From the NCBI GenBank assembly GCA_051546255.1, contig CP128821.1, positions 682,001 through 746,000 of the forward strand: a stretch of DNA of 64,000 nt, written 5' to 3'. Origin of the DNA: Meyerozyma guilliermondii (taxonomy: Eukaryota). The notes beneath the pieces were generated by a model that was given only the letters and a program-made list of their open reading frames with translations, was not told the origin of the DNA and did no database searches. A program made the translations under genes and the position numbers. Below, in pieces: positions 25,391-37,357 of this stretch (its first letter is position 1; every line of letters starts with the position of its first letter).

Positions 25391-26325
25391 TTGTTTGGTG
25401 AAGACTACTTTTGACACATTGAAAATTCAGTATATACAGTGCAAGAGAAGATGCTCGGGCTCCGCATTTGGAACAAAGTAGAGTGGCGCCTAGTGCTAAT
25501 CCCCCAATGCGGCCGTATGAAAAGCAACGGCGCATCAATAGGGGGCATAAATTGCAGAAATTTTGACGCATGGACGCACTAAATATCTCCCTCGGCAGTA
25601 GACAACCTCATTTGGTTGGAACCAGTATTATTATTTTTTTACCGCGAACCACGTAAAAAACTGTCGCGGGAAGCTGCATGAGAACAAGAAGAACACCGCG
25701 AGTTATGGGTGTCCCGCATTTTTTCGGATGATTTTCTTATTGTTTGTAAACTTAACAATACAAATTTTCACCGTAATACGTATACTTGCAGATTCTCGTA
25801 TGATGAAGGGAGGAAAAGCTTGTCACATTAGACGATGGTTGTCTAGAAATACTCTGTCAAGGCTCTAAAACTGTGACCACCCCTCACATATCTGCCCTAG
25901 GATGCATGTCCCGCGGCAGACGCCCCAAGGAAACGTGTAAAATAGTAGTATCGGTATTTCCAGCCGTATGCACGATTCGTGCGGCACGCACTTTAAGCAG
26001 CTTGGCATTACTAACGCCCCGGCTCCTTCGCGAAAATTAAACGTGCCAAACCTAACCCATCAAGAAGAAAAGTCTATTGTCCATTATCTTCAAGGGTCGA
26101 AATACCTCCAATTCTCATGCCATAATGATATGCCAAGGTTTATAATTACGAGCAAAACTCGTATTAGTTATTTTTTTCCAGGTTTCTTTTTTTCCCTTCC
26201 TGCCCCTGATAGGCCAGCGGCCGCGCACGCACAGTGGTGATGCAGGCGCCGTGCCAAAAGGAGGTTCTCTGGGTTCCTGAGGCGTAGGGGTACCGGGGCA
26301 CTAAGAGGTCAAGCCATACCATTTC

Positions 26326-26333
26326 TATAAATA
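26326..26333 (+). promoter_or_regulatory. Probable TATA box of the C2H2 TF gene
   Basis: TATAAATA followed by an AUG-free stretch to ATG 26857. Confidence 0.55.
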
Positions 26334-26856
26334 CTGCTACTGTTACTGTTACTTGTAGTATCACAGTCCTCTATTATCTGTGCTACTTCTTGGTATCTTT
26401 GACTGAAGTCTTTTTTTGACTGCTATTTTCGCCAGTAAATTTAACCTTTAGACACAGGCCGACCTGCATTTGCTTATTTTGAGGGGCGCTAGGTACGGTA
26501 CGACTACGGGGTCGCGGTGCAGGTTTTCGCGTTGACTTCGCAGGCGCCCCATCCTTTTCACTTGGACCTTTCTTTCTTTACTATTGTCGTGATTACCTGT
26601 TTGAATAAATAAAACCCCTTTAAGTCTCGAGCGTTGCCATAGAGGCTTTTTTTTTTCGAATTTAGACATTCTCCATTAAGCGGGTCTCCGTTGTTTGTTG
26701 TTGAAAGAGCATCCCTTGACACCGACGAAAACCATTCACTTTCATAGTTGACCGCGAGCCTAAAAAAAGGAGTTGCATACTCAAGCTGTCCCACTCCAAA
26801 TTCTGGCCTTTTTCCCGTTTGCCATACGATAATATTCAGCTTCTGAACTACCATTA

Positions 26857-27981
26857 ATGCCCAACAGAATCCAGAATTCTGTAGTCACTCCAAATATGAA
26901 TTCAAACCCTTCTCACCCAAAGGTGACGGCCACCCATGCCCCACCTGCTAGGCCCAAAAGACCATCCAAGGGCCGGGTTTTCCAGTGTACCGGGTATCCT
27001 GATTGCAATATGTCTTTCACGCGGTCGGAGCACTTGGCAAGACACTTGCGTAAACACACTGGTGAGAGGCCCTTCACCTGTCCTCATTGCTCAAAAAGCT
27101 TCTCTCGCTTGGACAATCTTCGCCAACACAAACAGACTGTCCATGCTTACGAAGCACTGCCCATGCATGGTCATAAGGATGACTACCAAGACATACATCA
27201 GCCCGAAACTCCCTACCATTCATCAACAAGTTCCTATGGCGGAACTCCTTTGCAGCCTGTTTTAATCTCTCCAGCTGACTCCGCATCTCCAAATGCACAC
27301 TATCAAGACGGTAGACCCCAACAATATGTGCAATACGACCAAGGTCTCAAAATTCCTTCACATCAGTTCAAGCCGAAGAGAAGACCAAGGCCGTTGTCTC
27401 TTCTGCATTCATTCGTCGACCAGAGTAATTCATCCCCCGATACAATGAACCTCCTGCGCCCGCCGTTGCACTCGGCTCCCCCTATTCCTTTTAACAAACA
27501 ACGTAATGTGGTCACCTATCCATCAAGCTCCAATTTGATCCCAAGCATGGTTTCGCCTTTGTCGCCCTTATTTCATCAATCATTCAGCCAGGTGGGATCT
27601 AGGGGAACATCGACGCTACCACCCATTACGTCGCAGAATAACGTGTCTCATCTCACATCCCCATATGCATCTTCAACATTCAGGTTTACTCAGTCAAGCT
27701 TGAAGCTGCCTGCAACCCTCCCCTCAGTAAAGCAGTTGTGTCTCAGCAATCGCAATATGAACAGCTCGAACGATACGACTGGCCCGCCTGCAAATGTGAG
27801 CCCTGCCACGTCGAAGGAAAGTTTAAAAGACTATAAAGACGAAAACCGTAAGAGCTGGCTTCAAGGTGTACTTAATGATGACACTAACCAACCTAGCACC
27901 AAAGATGCCCCAGCACCTGAAAGACATAACTCGACCTCGGACACGAAAAAGGCGACCATAACTAGCTTACTATCTCCATAA
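26857..27981 (+). CDS. C2H2 zinc-finger transcription factor, Usv1/Rgm1/Bcr1 type
   Basis: [55 protein letters not shown]; low-complexity tail. Confidence 0.88.
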   Translation: MPNRIQNSVVTPNMNSNPSHPKVTATHAPPARPKRPSKGRVFQCTGYPDCNMSFTRSEHLARHLRKHTGERPFTCPHCSKSFSRLDNLRQHKQTVHAYEALPMHGHKDDYQDIHQPETPYHSSTSSYGGTPLQPVLISPADSASPNAHYQDGRPQQYVQYDQGLKIPSHQFKPKRRPRPLSLLHSFVDQSNSSPDTMNLLRPPLHSAPPIPFNKQRNVVTYPSSSNLIPSMVSPLSPLFHQSFSQVGSRGTSTLPPITSQNNVSHLTSPYASSTFRFTQSSLKLPATLPSVKQLCLSNRNMNSSNDTTGPPANVSPATSKESLKDYKDENRKSWLQGVLNDDTNQPSTKDAPAPERHNSTSDTKKATITSLLSP

Positions 27982-28082
27982 TAATGACATTCACAATGTA
28001 CAATAAATTCAACCCTGCGCACCAATGAGATTGGCATGGTAAATTTCAGCCGCACTAAGATTGAATTTTCACTTTCGTACTA

Positions 28083-29552
28083 ATGAAGGACGTAAAGTCC
28101 ATTGGCGATAAAGAGAATGAGGATACTTCTTATTTGCATAGAAAGTCTTCATCCTTATCGGAGGAAGAACGACAGTACTTATTGAACAGACATGGGACAT
28201 TGAATCTAGAGCCAATGCCTCATGCAAATGATAACGATCCTTTGAATTGGCCGCTTCGAGTAAAGATAATACAGCTAGGAATGATAGCTTTTCATGCATT
28301 TTCAACGACATTCATGGCTGCGGGCTTGATCCCGTCCTTCGCCACACTTCTGGAGGAATTTCTGACCACAATAACTGCATGCTCTTACTTGACCTCCGCA
28401 CAAATTATAGTAATGGGACTCTTTCCCCTCTTGTGGATACCATTAATGGACAAATATGGTAGACGGCAAATACTTTTGTTGTCCACTTTGATATCTACGG
28501 CTTTTAACATTGGCTGCGTGTTTTCTCATACTTACAGAAACTTGATGATATGCCGTATATTTCAAGCAATTGCCATTTCTCCCGCTATAGCAGTTGGGGG
28601 CAGCGTTGTAAAAGATCTAACCTTCAGCCACCAGCGGGGATGGTGGACGGGATGGTGGGTTCTCGGCGTTACACTAGGAACACATGTTGGGCCTCTCATT
28701 ATGGGCTTTGTACAATATAACACATCCGACACTAGAAACGTTTTTATTGTGTTCACAGTCATGAACTTTGTTCAATCTCTAGGGTATTTATTTCTTGGTC
28801 GTGAAACTGTCTACGACAAGAATTTTTTCAGCGAATCCTTGAACAAGGTATATCGATTTGCACCGAGATCTTCAAAACAATTCTCCGTTGTATCTATATT
28901 TCGTCCTTTCCTGACCTTGCTCCAACCTCGAGTTGCAGTTACCGCTTTCGCTTATGGTATCACCTTCAGTTACGCAAACGTCGCCTGTGGAGTAGAGTTA
29001 ACAAGTTTATTTCATGAGAAATTTGCTTTCAATCCTCAACAAATTGGATTGCAGTTCTTGAGCTTAATCCTAGGCTGCATTCTTGGCGAGCAATTGGGAG
29101 GTTGGATATCCGATTTCTGGATGAGAAATATGCGAGTCAAACTCAAGAGAAACTGCATTGAAGACAGGTTGTGGATCTCATATCTCGGATTCCTCACGGC
29201 AATTGCAGGTCTCATTATCTACGGAGTCTTGTTGGGGAGAATAAGCGATGGGAAATGGCGGTTTGGACCTCTCGTGGGGTTATGTGTTGCTTCCTTTGGT
29301 CTTCAGATTGTTACCACTGTCCTCGTCACGTATGCAATTGATTCCAACCCATCAGAAGCATCACATATTGCCTCGGCAATAACGGTCGTAAGACAGGTTT
29401 TGGGCTTTGTGGGGCCATTTTATTTTCCACCAATGTTTGAGAATCCAAATCTTGGAATAATGAGAACATACTGTATCTTGGCCGCCATTACGGGAATACT
29501 AGGATTGGTGCCAATAGCCATAATCCACCTCATATGGTCTAGGAGAAAGTGA
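28083..29552 (+). CDS. MFS transporter, DHA1-like family
   Basis: NDPLNWP, DKYGRR motif A, about 12 hydrophobic segments. Confidence 0.88.
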   Translation: MKDVKSIGDKENEDTSYLHRKSSSLSEEERQYLLNRHGTLNLEPMPHANDNDPLNWPLRVKIIQLGMIAFHAFSTTFMAAGLIPSFATLLEEFLTTITACSYLTSAQIIVMGLFPLLWIPLMDKYGRRQILLLSTLISTAFNIGCVFSHTYRNLMICRIFQAIAISPAIAVGGSVVKDLTFSHQRGWWTGWWVLGVTLGTHVGPLIMGFVQYNTSDTRNVFIVFTVMNFVQSLGYLFLGRETVYDKNFFSESLNKVYRFAPRSSKQFSVVSIFRPFLTLLQPRVAVTAFAYGITFSYANVACGVELTSLFHEKFAFNPQQIGLQFLSLILGCILGEQLGGWISDFWMRNMRVKLKRNCIEDRLWISYLGFLTAIAGLIIYGVLLGRISDGKWRFGPLVGLCVASFGLQIVTTVLVTYAIDSNPSEASHIASAITVVRQVLGFVGPFYFPPMFENPNLGIMRTYCILAAITGILGLVPIAIIHLIWSRRK

Positions 29553-29563
29553 CTCGAATCAGC

Positions 29564-30235
29564 TTATGTAGCAATCAGTAGAAGGTAATTGCGAATTTCA
29601 CGTATAATGACCATTTTTTGATGTATCTTGTTCGCAAACTCCAAGTCGTCAGCATCTTGGTACGCTTGCATCAACTTTTCGCTGGTCATGCATACTTTAT
29701 CAAGTCCCTCCACATATTGAAGATAGTGTTCCCAGACTCGATCAATCTCGTTTAAAACTCGAGGTGTATGTTCATCTTTAAGTACTTGAATACCGTCCTG
29801 AATATGAAGCTGCTCCATATCACGACGAAGCTCTGGTAACAATACCAGAGCTATGAATTCCTCATATCTCTTGATAACTTCATAAAGTTCGGCATTAGCC
29901 TTCTTTTTGGCATTTCTGATAATGTTTAGTCGGTAGACATCCTTGGCAAGTTTGATAACTATGGGGTCTTTTGTTTCGAGCGAAGTTATGATATCTGGCG
30001 GAACATCTATGCTGTGGATTTGATACTTTTCTCGCAAGTAGTGTTCTAGTACGTCAGGCCGTTCTTGGCGATTATCTACACGTTCTTTCACAAGGTCAGA
30101 AGTTGGCAAAGAAAAGCCCGCATCAACATGTGAAGTTATGCGATCGATTATTTTACGATTCTCCTCTAGGACTTTACTCAACTCTGATACTTGATCGACT
30201 AACGGTTCAATTCTTTCTCCTTGATACTGTAGCAT
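29564..30235 (-). CDS. Coiled-coil protein, possible Far7 (FAR/STRIPAK complex) orthologue
   Basis: 223-aa helical ORF; size and segments such as L.ENR and YLQYVEGLDKV resemble S. cerevisiae Far7 as remembered. Confidence 0.65.
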   Translation of the reverse strand: MLQYQGERIEPLVDQVSELSKVLEENRKIIDRITSHVDAGFSLPTSDLVKERVDNRQERPDVLEHYLREKYQIHSIDVPPDIITSLETKDPIVIKLAKDVYRLNIIRNAKKKANAELYEVIKRYEEFIALVLLPELRRDMEQLHIQDGIQVLKDEHTPRVLNEIDRVWEHYLQYVEGLDKVCMTSEKLMQAYQDADDLEFANKIHQKMVIIREIRNYLLLIAT

Positions 30236-30376
30236 ATTATTTCGTATCTCAACTATTTGGTGCGCATAGTGCGTATTTCTGCTGGATGCCTGCCTACAAT
30301 CGACTATTCATAAAGATGTACTTTCATCTCACATTATTTATATGATTAAGAGTGGGTAGGGGAGCAGAATATGCTA

Positions 30377-32086
30377 TCATCGTGAGCCTAGTTGCTGTTG
30401 TTGGATCTGAGCAGATTTTCTCTCTTGGCGACCTTTTTTCATCACTTGTTTTAATGCAACACTATCCAATGGATCCAATAATTCAAATGAGCAAAGCAAT
30501 TCGTCACTGACGCTCATAACTGCTCCCCAATTGTCAAACTCTCCACAATAGTTTGGCGCAGAAAATACTGTCACCAACGTTCGATCGTTGAAAAATTCAT
30601 AACCGTCTTCGACAACCATATGCGCTCGACAGACCAAGTCAAAACCGAACTTCTGCAAAAACTTGTTGATAGCAGTTCTGGAGAACACATAAGAGACTCC
30701 CCTCTCATTGTCTTCCCATTCGTTTTGTGTGTCGGCCGGATCTGACCAAAGAAGATCGTTTAATAACCCGTAATCAGGTACATCAGTTGGACGCGCAATC
30801 GTTCGAATTTCATCCATTGAATTCAAGACTGGCGAAAGACCTCCATGAACACAAAAGATTTTGCCAGCAACTATTGCAGCTATTGGCAAGGTATTGAACG
30901 TGTCAATAAATAACTTCCAAATTTTGATGCTGCATCGTCTTTTACATTCGTCATAAAATCCATAAACCCTTGTGACATTAGCACTTTCATGATTTCCCCG
31001 CAAAAGAAAAAAATTTTCTGGGTACTTAATTTTGTAGCACAACAAAAGAAGAATAGTTTCCAAAGATTGTTTCCCTCGATCGACGTAATCACCCAAAAAG
31101 AGGTAATTCGTCAGAGGTGGAAATCCACACTTGGTGAATACACGGATCAAATCCCCATACTGACCATGCACATCTCCCACAACCTTCACCGGTGGTGAGA
31201 GCTCAAGTAAGGACGGTTGAGATAAGAAGATTTCTCTTGCTTTAGCGCAAACCAATTGTATCTCAGAGTTCTTCAAGCACAAATTCTTCGATTTCTTTCC
31301 GCTGTAGCCAGCATCAAGCAATCTCTGAATGAGATCTTCAATATCTATGGTATTCCCACCATTTGTATAGTTGGAGCTCGTCTTACTGAGTTTCTGTAAA
31401 TTGGATGACGAGTTATTAACAGAAAAGTTGCTCGTTCCACTTCTTCTTGAAGACATTGAGATAGCATCTGCTACATCACTGTCTTTGTCATAATTTGCTG
31501 AAGAACCTGTCGGTTGCGGGGATAAAACATTTCCACTGGTGCTTTGAAATGAATGGTTCGTTGAAGTCCTGGTAACAGGGGTGCTGTCGCTTCCATTCGC
31601 ATCGCTGTTTCCAAGAGATTGGAATGAAGATGACAATTTGGGAGATCCAGTTTGAAGGTTGCTTCTCATTGGCGATGATGGGTAGTCAAAATCGGTGTCA
31701 TTGGTGTTGCGTCGAATGAGAATAGGATCCTTAGGCTCCACCTGGATCATTGAAGGTGGTAGATTGAGGTTGTTGCCCGATGAACTGTTGTTCAAATTGA
31801 GACCTGATGACGACTTCGATAGGTGGTAATTTTCTGACCTAATATAATCACTCTTCGCGTCATTCGTCAGGATTCCTACACCGTTGCCGGTGCTTGATGA
31901 CGAATTTTTCCGTGAGAGTGCCTTGGGTGACTTCGGCCCAAGCTTGGGCGAGTCTGTGTTGGTGTCATCTCGCAGAAGTGATACACGAGACCTAATAGAC
32001 CGACCTGACTTGGCGGAGTTGCCGGTATCAGTTCGGGTGAGTTGAAGACCCCTTGAATCCCGCGGTTTCGATGTGCTGTTTCCCAT
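30377..32086 (-). CDS. PPZ1: Ser/Thr protein phosphatase Z
   Basis: MGNSTSK myristoylation start, Ser/Asn-rich N-half with MIQVEPK, GDVHGQ, GDYVDRG and LRGNHE. Confidence 0.93.
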   Translation of the reverse strand: MGNSTSKPRDSRGLQLTRTDTGNSAKSGRSIRSRVSLLRDDTNTDSPKLGPKSPKALSRKNSSSSTGNGVGILTNDAKSDYIRSENYHLSKSSSGLNLNNSSSGNNLNLPPSMIQVEPKDPILIRRNTNDTDFDYPSSPMRSNLQTGSPKLSSSFQSLGNSDANGSDSTPVTRTSTNHSFQSTSGNVLSPQPTGSSANYDKDSDVADAISMSSRRSGTSNFSVNNSSSNLQKLSKTSSNYTNGGNTIDIEDLIQRLLDAGYSGKKSKNLCLKNSEIQLVCAKAREIFLSQPSLLELSPPVKVVGDVHGQYGDLIRVFTKCGFPPLTNYLFLGDYVDRGKQSLETILLLLCYKIKYPENFFLLRGNHESANVTRVYGFYDECKRRCSIKIWKLFIDTFNTLPIAAIVAGKIFCVHGGLSPVLNSMDEIRTIARPTDVPDYGLLNDLLWSDPADTQNEWEDNERGVSYVFSRTAINKFLQKFGFDLVCRAHMVVEDGYEFFNDRTLVTVFSAPNYCGEFDNWGAVMSVSDELLCSFELLDPLDSVALKQVMKKGRQERKSAQIQQQQLGSR

Positions 32087-33119
32087 TAAACGATACTCCT
32101 ACGTCTATTCTGCTCAGTCTAGTGTAGTTTGAGCCTAATATGAGTGGATGCTGTGCCTGGATACGTGCAAGCCTCGGGGCGGTGCTTTATAATCGGGGTC
32201 GTTACGAGTATAAGGGTATATAAAGTATGCAAGTAAGTCAAGAAGGGTGCAGAAATGGTCTGAATGACTTAAGCGCGATGTATTGACGTGGCGTGGTTCT
32301 CGCTGAACACAAAGGTAACGATAGTTTGTCAAGCGATGGAGAACGAACAAAGGGTTACGCTCCCTGTTGTGTGCAGTCTGCTTTATCACTGCGGTGTGCA
32401 CACGCAGGCATCTAGAACGCCGAACGTGGGGCGGGTAACCGACTAGAGCTGGGTTCGATAGCACGATAGCAGTGAAACGAGGTGAGTGCGTGGAGGAGTG
32501 AAATAGATTGTAACGCGATCATATTTGTGTTCATGTACAACCATGCAACCAACTCAAAGCCGATATAGTTTATTTGATTGGTAGAGCAGAAATGGTTGAA
32601 ACGGTGGCACACTCAAATTAGCTACGTAGATTACTAGACAGTTCTAACTCGCTACTTTATCTACGTGTGCTGGACCACAAGAATCTGGTTCCCCTATCGA
32701 TTACGGGGAAAGCTTTTATACAGGTTGATGACAGCTTGTTGACTGGTCGTGCCAGGGATATCGCGCGCGGCGTTGCAAGATAGAGGTTTTGAATTAAGTT
32801 AGCGAGACGAAAATTAACTTTATCAAGGGTGATAGACACCTCATTTCATAGCTCTGCATTCGGAGAATAAAACGACTAATTTAAACTAAAAATGTTTTCT
32901 GATGGCTGGTGCGCATTTGACGTAAAACAAACACACTTCCCCCCTCCTGCACCACCGCAACTGCTTTCCTGATCTGTCAAGCGCGATAGATAACTCCCCG
33001 GTTTTGTAGTTCGCACTCCCGGCTATTAATATGGGTGCAAATCCACCTGTCATTTTTCTTTACATAGTTATCATCGGCCTCGTTTAGCCATCTTTAAAAA
33101 ACACAACTGATGAATAACC

Positions 33120-34232
33120 ATGTTTGCAACAATGTCAGAAGATATCCATGATTCATGTTCCAAAGGCAAACCCCGACTGCCTAGGTCTCAGGGCAAACAC
33201 GCAATGAGTGTCAGTACTGCTGACGCTTTTGCCCTGAGACCGCCAGAAGTTACAATTGCCGAAAAAATTATCAAAACATCCTTCTCCTCTTCTGGGGAGA
33301 CCGAGTCGGACTCGTCAGAGTCGGATTCTTCAGATTCTCTGGTTGAAGCTCTTGCAGATTTACATAAAGACGTTCCTAGGGACGAACTTCTAACATCTGT
33401 CGAGTTGTGTACCGTCAGAGATTACCATCGAATTGCCAAAACATTGCAGATGGCGTTTGAGCAAGACCCGTTTACTAACTACATACTTGGAACTGAAATG
33501 GACGACTCGAAGAGCTCCTTAAAGGCTCGTAAACACAAGACAAAGTTGATGACTTCGTTCTTCGAGTTTGCCATATATGAGTGTTTCTCGTTGGGAGGTA
33601 TAGTTATAGCAGTGAAAGACCGTGCCTTAGAGGCCGAAATTGCCATGAAGGGCTATAAAGCATCCCGTGTACCTTTTTTGGGAGTATCATGCTGGTACCA
33701 TATGGAATACGACCACGATCAGTTAACCTATAAGTACCCACAATCGCATAGCTTTTTAGCTAACATGCATCCTACCTCATTGAAGTTCAACTTCTTGGCC
33801 TCGTTATCACGGTGCAGACTGAAGGTTTTCAGTCCCCTCTTAAACGATGTGAGAGATTCCGTAGTCTCGAAGTTGAATTTGAATGGATCGCGCGATAATA
33901 TGTGGTACTTGGCTGATATTGGTACAATTCCAGCCATGCGTGGCAAAGGATTAGCAAAGAAGCTTGTTAGCCATTTTTGCGATACTTTTGTCGACGCCTC
34001 GCCAAACTCTTGGTGCTATTTGGAAAGCACGAACCCAGTCAATAGAAAGTTCTATGAGAAGCTTGGCTTTGCCGTCGCAAAAACCTTTGATGTAAACGAA
34101 GACGACGACGAAGATGAAGCCGATCATAAACCTATCTATATGGACTCGATGTTCAGATATCCAAAGATCATCAAGAGTCACTCCAACGATAATCACCAGA
34201 CAGCGATACAACGTATGCTACTTAGTGCTTGA
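33120..34232 (+). CDS. GNAT-family acetyltransferase
   Basis: AFEQDPF, WYLADIGT.P..RGKGLAKKL and CYLESTNPVNRKFYEKLGF. Confidence 0.85.
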   Translation: MFATMSEDIHDSCSKGKPRLPRSQGKHAMSVSTADAFALRPPEVTIAEKIIKTSFSSSGETESDSSESDSSDSLVEALADLHKDVPRDELLTSVELCTVRDYHRIAKTLQMAFEQDPFTNYILGTEMDDSKSSLKARKHKTKLMTSFFEFAIYECFSLGGIVIAVKDRALEAEIAMKGYKASRVPFLGVSCWYHMEYDHDQLTYKYPQSHSFLANMHPTSLKFNFLASLSRCRLKVFSPLLNDVRDSVVSKLNLNGSRDNMWYLADIGTIPAMRGKGLAKKLVSHFCDTFVDASPNSWCYLESTNPVNRKFYEKLGFAVAKTFDVNEDDDEDEADHKPIYMDSMFRYPKIIKSHSNDNHQTAIQRMLLSA

Positions 34233-34553
34233 TCGTTGGAGTGCGCATGCTACTTCCAAAAAACTATTTGAAAATGCTTTTAAAAGGAGATGAATAAGCT
34301 CAAGCCCTCATTTCCTGTTCTTCTTCTTTCAACCATCCTTATGTCAAATTACTCTTGTTTGTTTATATGTTTTAGTTTAACGTAATTTGTCCCAAGATTG
34401 TATATGCTGTTACACTATGCTAGTAAGTGTCAGAAGGACCATTAAATTGTAACGACAACGTAGCTTTAAATTATGAGTCCTATATAACTTTTGCAGCTAT
34501 TTGTTGATTATGTAAGTTCTTTACTATTCGAGATCTTTGCAGAACAGTTGGGT

Positions 34554-36116
34554 ATGATTTCCATTTCACGGCGTTGGCTCGTTCAAACCCTCCGAGCTAG
34601 TAATAGGAATTTTGGAACCAGTCACCAGTATTTGCGAAAAGCCATTTCAGATCAAAATAATGAAAAAAAGCATCCCGCGATTCATGAGAATGGACTATAC
34701 TATGGAAAGTTCACAGAAGAAGAGTATCAAAGCGCAGCAAAATATGTTAAGACTAAACTACAAAAGCTTGAAAATGAGATCAAAGGAGAGAAAAATATAA
34801 GAGAAAACATCGAAGAGTATCCGATCGTTCCACTGCCAGCGGATCGTAGTAGAAAAGTCAAGGTTGAATCATTAAGTGATTTGCTTGCAGAGATTATAAA
34901 AACTAATGGACCTTTATCGTTGCTGGCATATATGCGTCAATGTTTGACTCATCCTGACTATGGCTATTACACAACCACTAATCCTTTAGATAAGTATACT
35001 GGTGACTTTATAACTTCTCCTGAAATATCGTCTGTGTTCGGTGAGATGATTGGTATTTGGCTCTTTAGTACCTGGACGAGCCAAGACAACCCGCAAAACA
35101 TCCGCATCATCGAGTTTGGTCCTGGAAAGGGTACGTTGATGTTTGATGTTGTGCGGACCTTCAACAAGTTAGCCAAGTCAAGAATCCGGAGTGATCAGAT
35201 CGAGATTTGTTTGATTGAGGCGTCCCCAATTTTGAGAGACGAGCAAGCTGAATTGTTATGTGGTAGCAAGTTGAACTCCGCTGATATCAAAGACTCGTTT
35301 TATACGAAATCATCTATCTGGGGCAACACAGTGAAGTGGCTCGAAACAGAAAAAGATATTCTGGATGATGTTCAATACGCTAACTACATTCTAGCTCACG
35401 AATTTTTTGATGCATTACCGATCAAATCTTTTCAGAAGTCTGACTCCGGCTGGAGGGAATTACTTGTGGAGCATTCTCCCAGCGTCTTGAATACACAAGG
35501 GGCATTACCGTCCGGTGGTTCATCATCCGAATTTAGTCCAGATTTGGAGACTGATTTTCATCTCACGGTATCACCAAAAGATACACCGTCATCGTTAATC
35601 CCTGAGTTGAGTAGTCGCTTCAATGCATTACCCACAGGTTCTCGAATAGAAATCTGCACTGATGCTGAGCTCTACGCATTGAAGATGGCCTCTCTCATAA
35701 ATAATGAGCAAGGAAATGGTGCGGCCCTTATCATAGATTATGGATTGAAGTCGGGGATCCCTAGTAATTCACTTCGAGGGATATACAAGCACAAGTTCGT
35801 ATCCCCATTCTTTTCACCTGGAAAAGTAGATTTATCAGCAGATGTCGATTTTGAAAATCTCGCAGCGATCACAGCGAAAGCATGTCTGTCCTTTGGACCA
35901 GTTGATCAAGGAGATTGGTTACATGAAATGGGAATTGGGTATCGAATTGATCAATTACTCAAGTCCAATGAAGGAAACCCGGCTGAGCAAGATAAAGTGT
36001 ATGCTTCGTATCGTCGTCTCACCGACAAAAATGAAAATAGTATGGGAGGGGCATACAAAATTCTATGCTTAGTGCCACATAGTGCTCAGATGCCTATTGG
36101 CTTTTCTACTTTCTAA
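34554..36116 (+). CDS. Mitochondrial arginine methyltransferase NDUFAF7/MidA (complex I assembly)
   Basis: YMRQCLTHPDYGYY, GDFITSPEIS.VFGEMIGIW, IEFGPGKGTLM, AHEFFDALP, IDYG and DLSADVDF; presequence-like start. Confidence 0.92.
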   Translation: MISISRRWLVQTLRASNRNFGTSHQYLRKAISDQNNEKKHPAIHENGLYYGKFTEEEYQSAAKYVKTKLQKLENEIKGEKNIRENIEEYPIVPLPADRSRKVKVESLSDLLAEIIKTNGPLSLLAYMRQCLTHPDYGYYTTTNPLDKYTGDFITSPEISSVFGEMIGIWLFSTWTSQDNPQNIRIIEFGPGKGTLMFDVVRTFNKLAKSRIRSDQIEICLIEASPILRDEQAELLCGSKLNSADIKDSFYTKSSIWGNTVKWLETEKDILDDVQYANYILAHEFFDALPIKSFQKSDSGWRELLVEHSPSVLNTQGALPSGGSSSEFSPDLETDFHLTVSPKDTPSSLIPELSSRFNALPTGSRIEICTDAELYALKMASLINNEQGNGAALIIDYGLKSGIPSNSLRGIYKHKFVSPFFSPGKVDLSADVDFENLAAITAKACLSFGPVDQGDWLHEMGIGYRIDQLLKSNEGNPAEQDKVYASYRRLTDKNENSMGGAYKILCLVPHSAQMPIGFSTF

Positions 36117-36173
36117 TTCATGTAAGAAGGTGTATATACGATGAATTTGATAATATTGCAAAATTATAGAAAT

Positions 36174-37310
36174 TTACAAACTTTTGCTGCACACCCATTG
36201 ATATTGAGAAATATCTTCCACCAAAGATAACGAAGTAGATTGTGAATACTCTCCAAAGCATATACAATAATGCTTAAATAGAAGCACAAATTCTTCTACT
36301 TCGTCAATCAATTCAAGTTGTCGAATACGGTTTCGATCAACGGTATCAATCCATTCGCCATGCTGATGGGTTTCATTATAACCGCCTAGCGTTGCAATAT
36401 CAGTAGCAAAAGCTCTTTTTAGACCGCATTCGTCAACAAGGAACGATACCTTGGATGCTAAAGTTGGGAATTTTTGAAACGTCATTAAATTAATACCTCT
36501 TGTGGCCAAATTTGTAGCCATTGTCTCCCCAAACGAGTCGTTGAGTGACATGGGTTCATACATCAAAAACGAGAGGTAGGTTGTAGATTCCTTGAATGTT
36601 TTTACCCAGAATTGAACTACAGCGGCATTTTCTTCCTCGGAGAGATAACAAAGCACACACTCACTGAGAATCAATGTCGGCTTCAGTTTATCAAGAATAG
36701 AATACAACAGTTCAGCTTCTGGTGAGCCAGCATGCGGTAACTGGCGAAGGTCAATGCCAAGCAAACAGTACCGTTCGCTATCATAATTCGAGTTGATGCT
36801 TTGAAATTCTTCTTTTGAGGTAGGGTCAAGCTTTGGCAAAGCACAATTAGTGATTCTGCTCAAATTTGAATCGTTGACTATTGATAGTTTTTTTATGCGG
36901 CACGAATCTTCGAAGTCAATTTCGATATATCGAAGCTTGGCCGGATACTTTTCCAATAATCTGAAGGCTCTTGTATCGGACCCTCCTCCGAGAGAAACGA
37001 TTTGTACGTCGTTAAACTTCTGGATAAACTTCTCGATGATGAGGTCTACCAGTCGGGTTCTCAAGTAAGTACCGTTGTTTATGATAGGTAGCTTGCTTTC
37101 ACTAAATGATGTTCTGGTGACGCGACCAGCGGAAAGATTTGAATAGCCTGACGTAAATCTGAGATACTTCTTGTACGATTGAACGAGTACATCTATAAAA
37201 GGATCAGGGGGATCAAAATAGCCTTTCGAATTCGCACTGAGCCTGCAACTCAATGCGTCTATATCTGTCGATCTGACAACTTTGTCTTTTTTCTCTTTTG
37301 GTGATAACAT
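36174..37310 (-). CDS. PPM1: Leucine carboxyl methyltransferase 1
   Basis: STDIDALSCR, PIINNGTYLRT, QIVSLGGGSDTR, LSECVLCYL and DEVEEF.LL..HYC. Confidence 0.92.
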   Translation of the reverse strand: MLSPKEKKDKVVRSTDIDALSCRLSANSKGYFDPPDPFIDVLVQSYKKYLRFTSGYSNLSAGRVTRTSFSESKLPIINNGTYLRTRLVDLIIEKFIQKFNDVQIVSLGGGSDTRAFRLLEKYPAKLRYIEIDFEDSCRIKKLSIVNDSNLSRITNCALPKLDPTSKEEFQSINSNYDSERYCLLGIDLRQLPHAGSPEAELLYSILDKLKPTLILSECVLCYLSEEENAAVVQFWVKTFKESTTYLSFLMYEPMSLNDSFGETMATNLATRGINLMTFQKFPTLASKVSFLVDECGLKRAFATDIATLGGYNETHQHGEWIDTVDRNRIRQLELIDEVEEFVLLFKHYCICFGEYSQSTSLSLVEDISQYQWVCSKSL

Positions 37311-37357
37311 GTAGTTTTAAATCAATTGCAGCTCTTTCGCGCGCAGTATCAAAGTTT

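Noticed and set aside
24874..26242. snoRNA, RNase P/MRP or telomerase RNA in the long intergenic region
   Set aside because: No paired C/D boxes, conserved P4 motifs or template-like sequence found by eye; an Rfam scan is needed to exclude them
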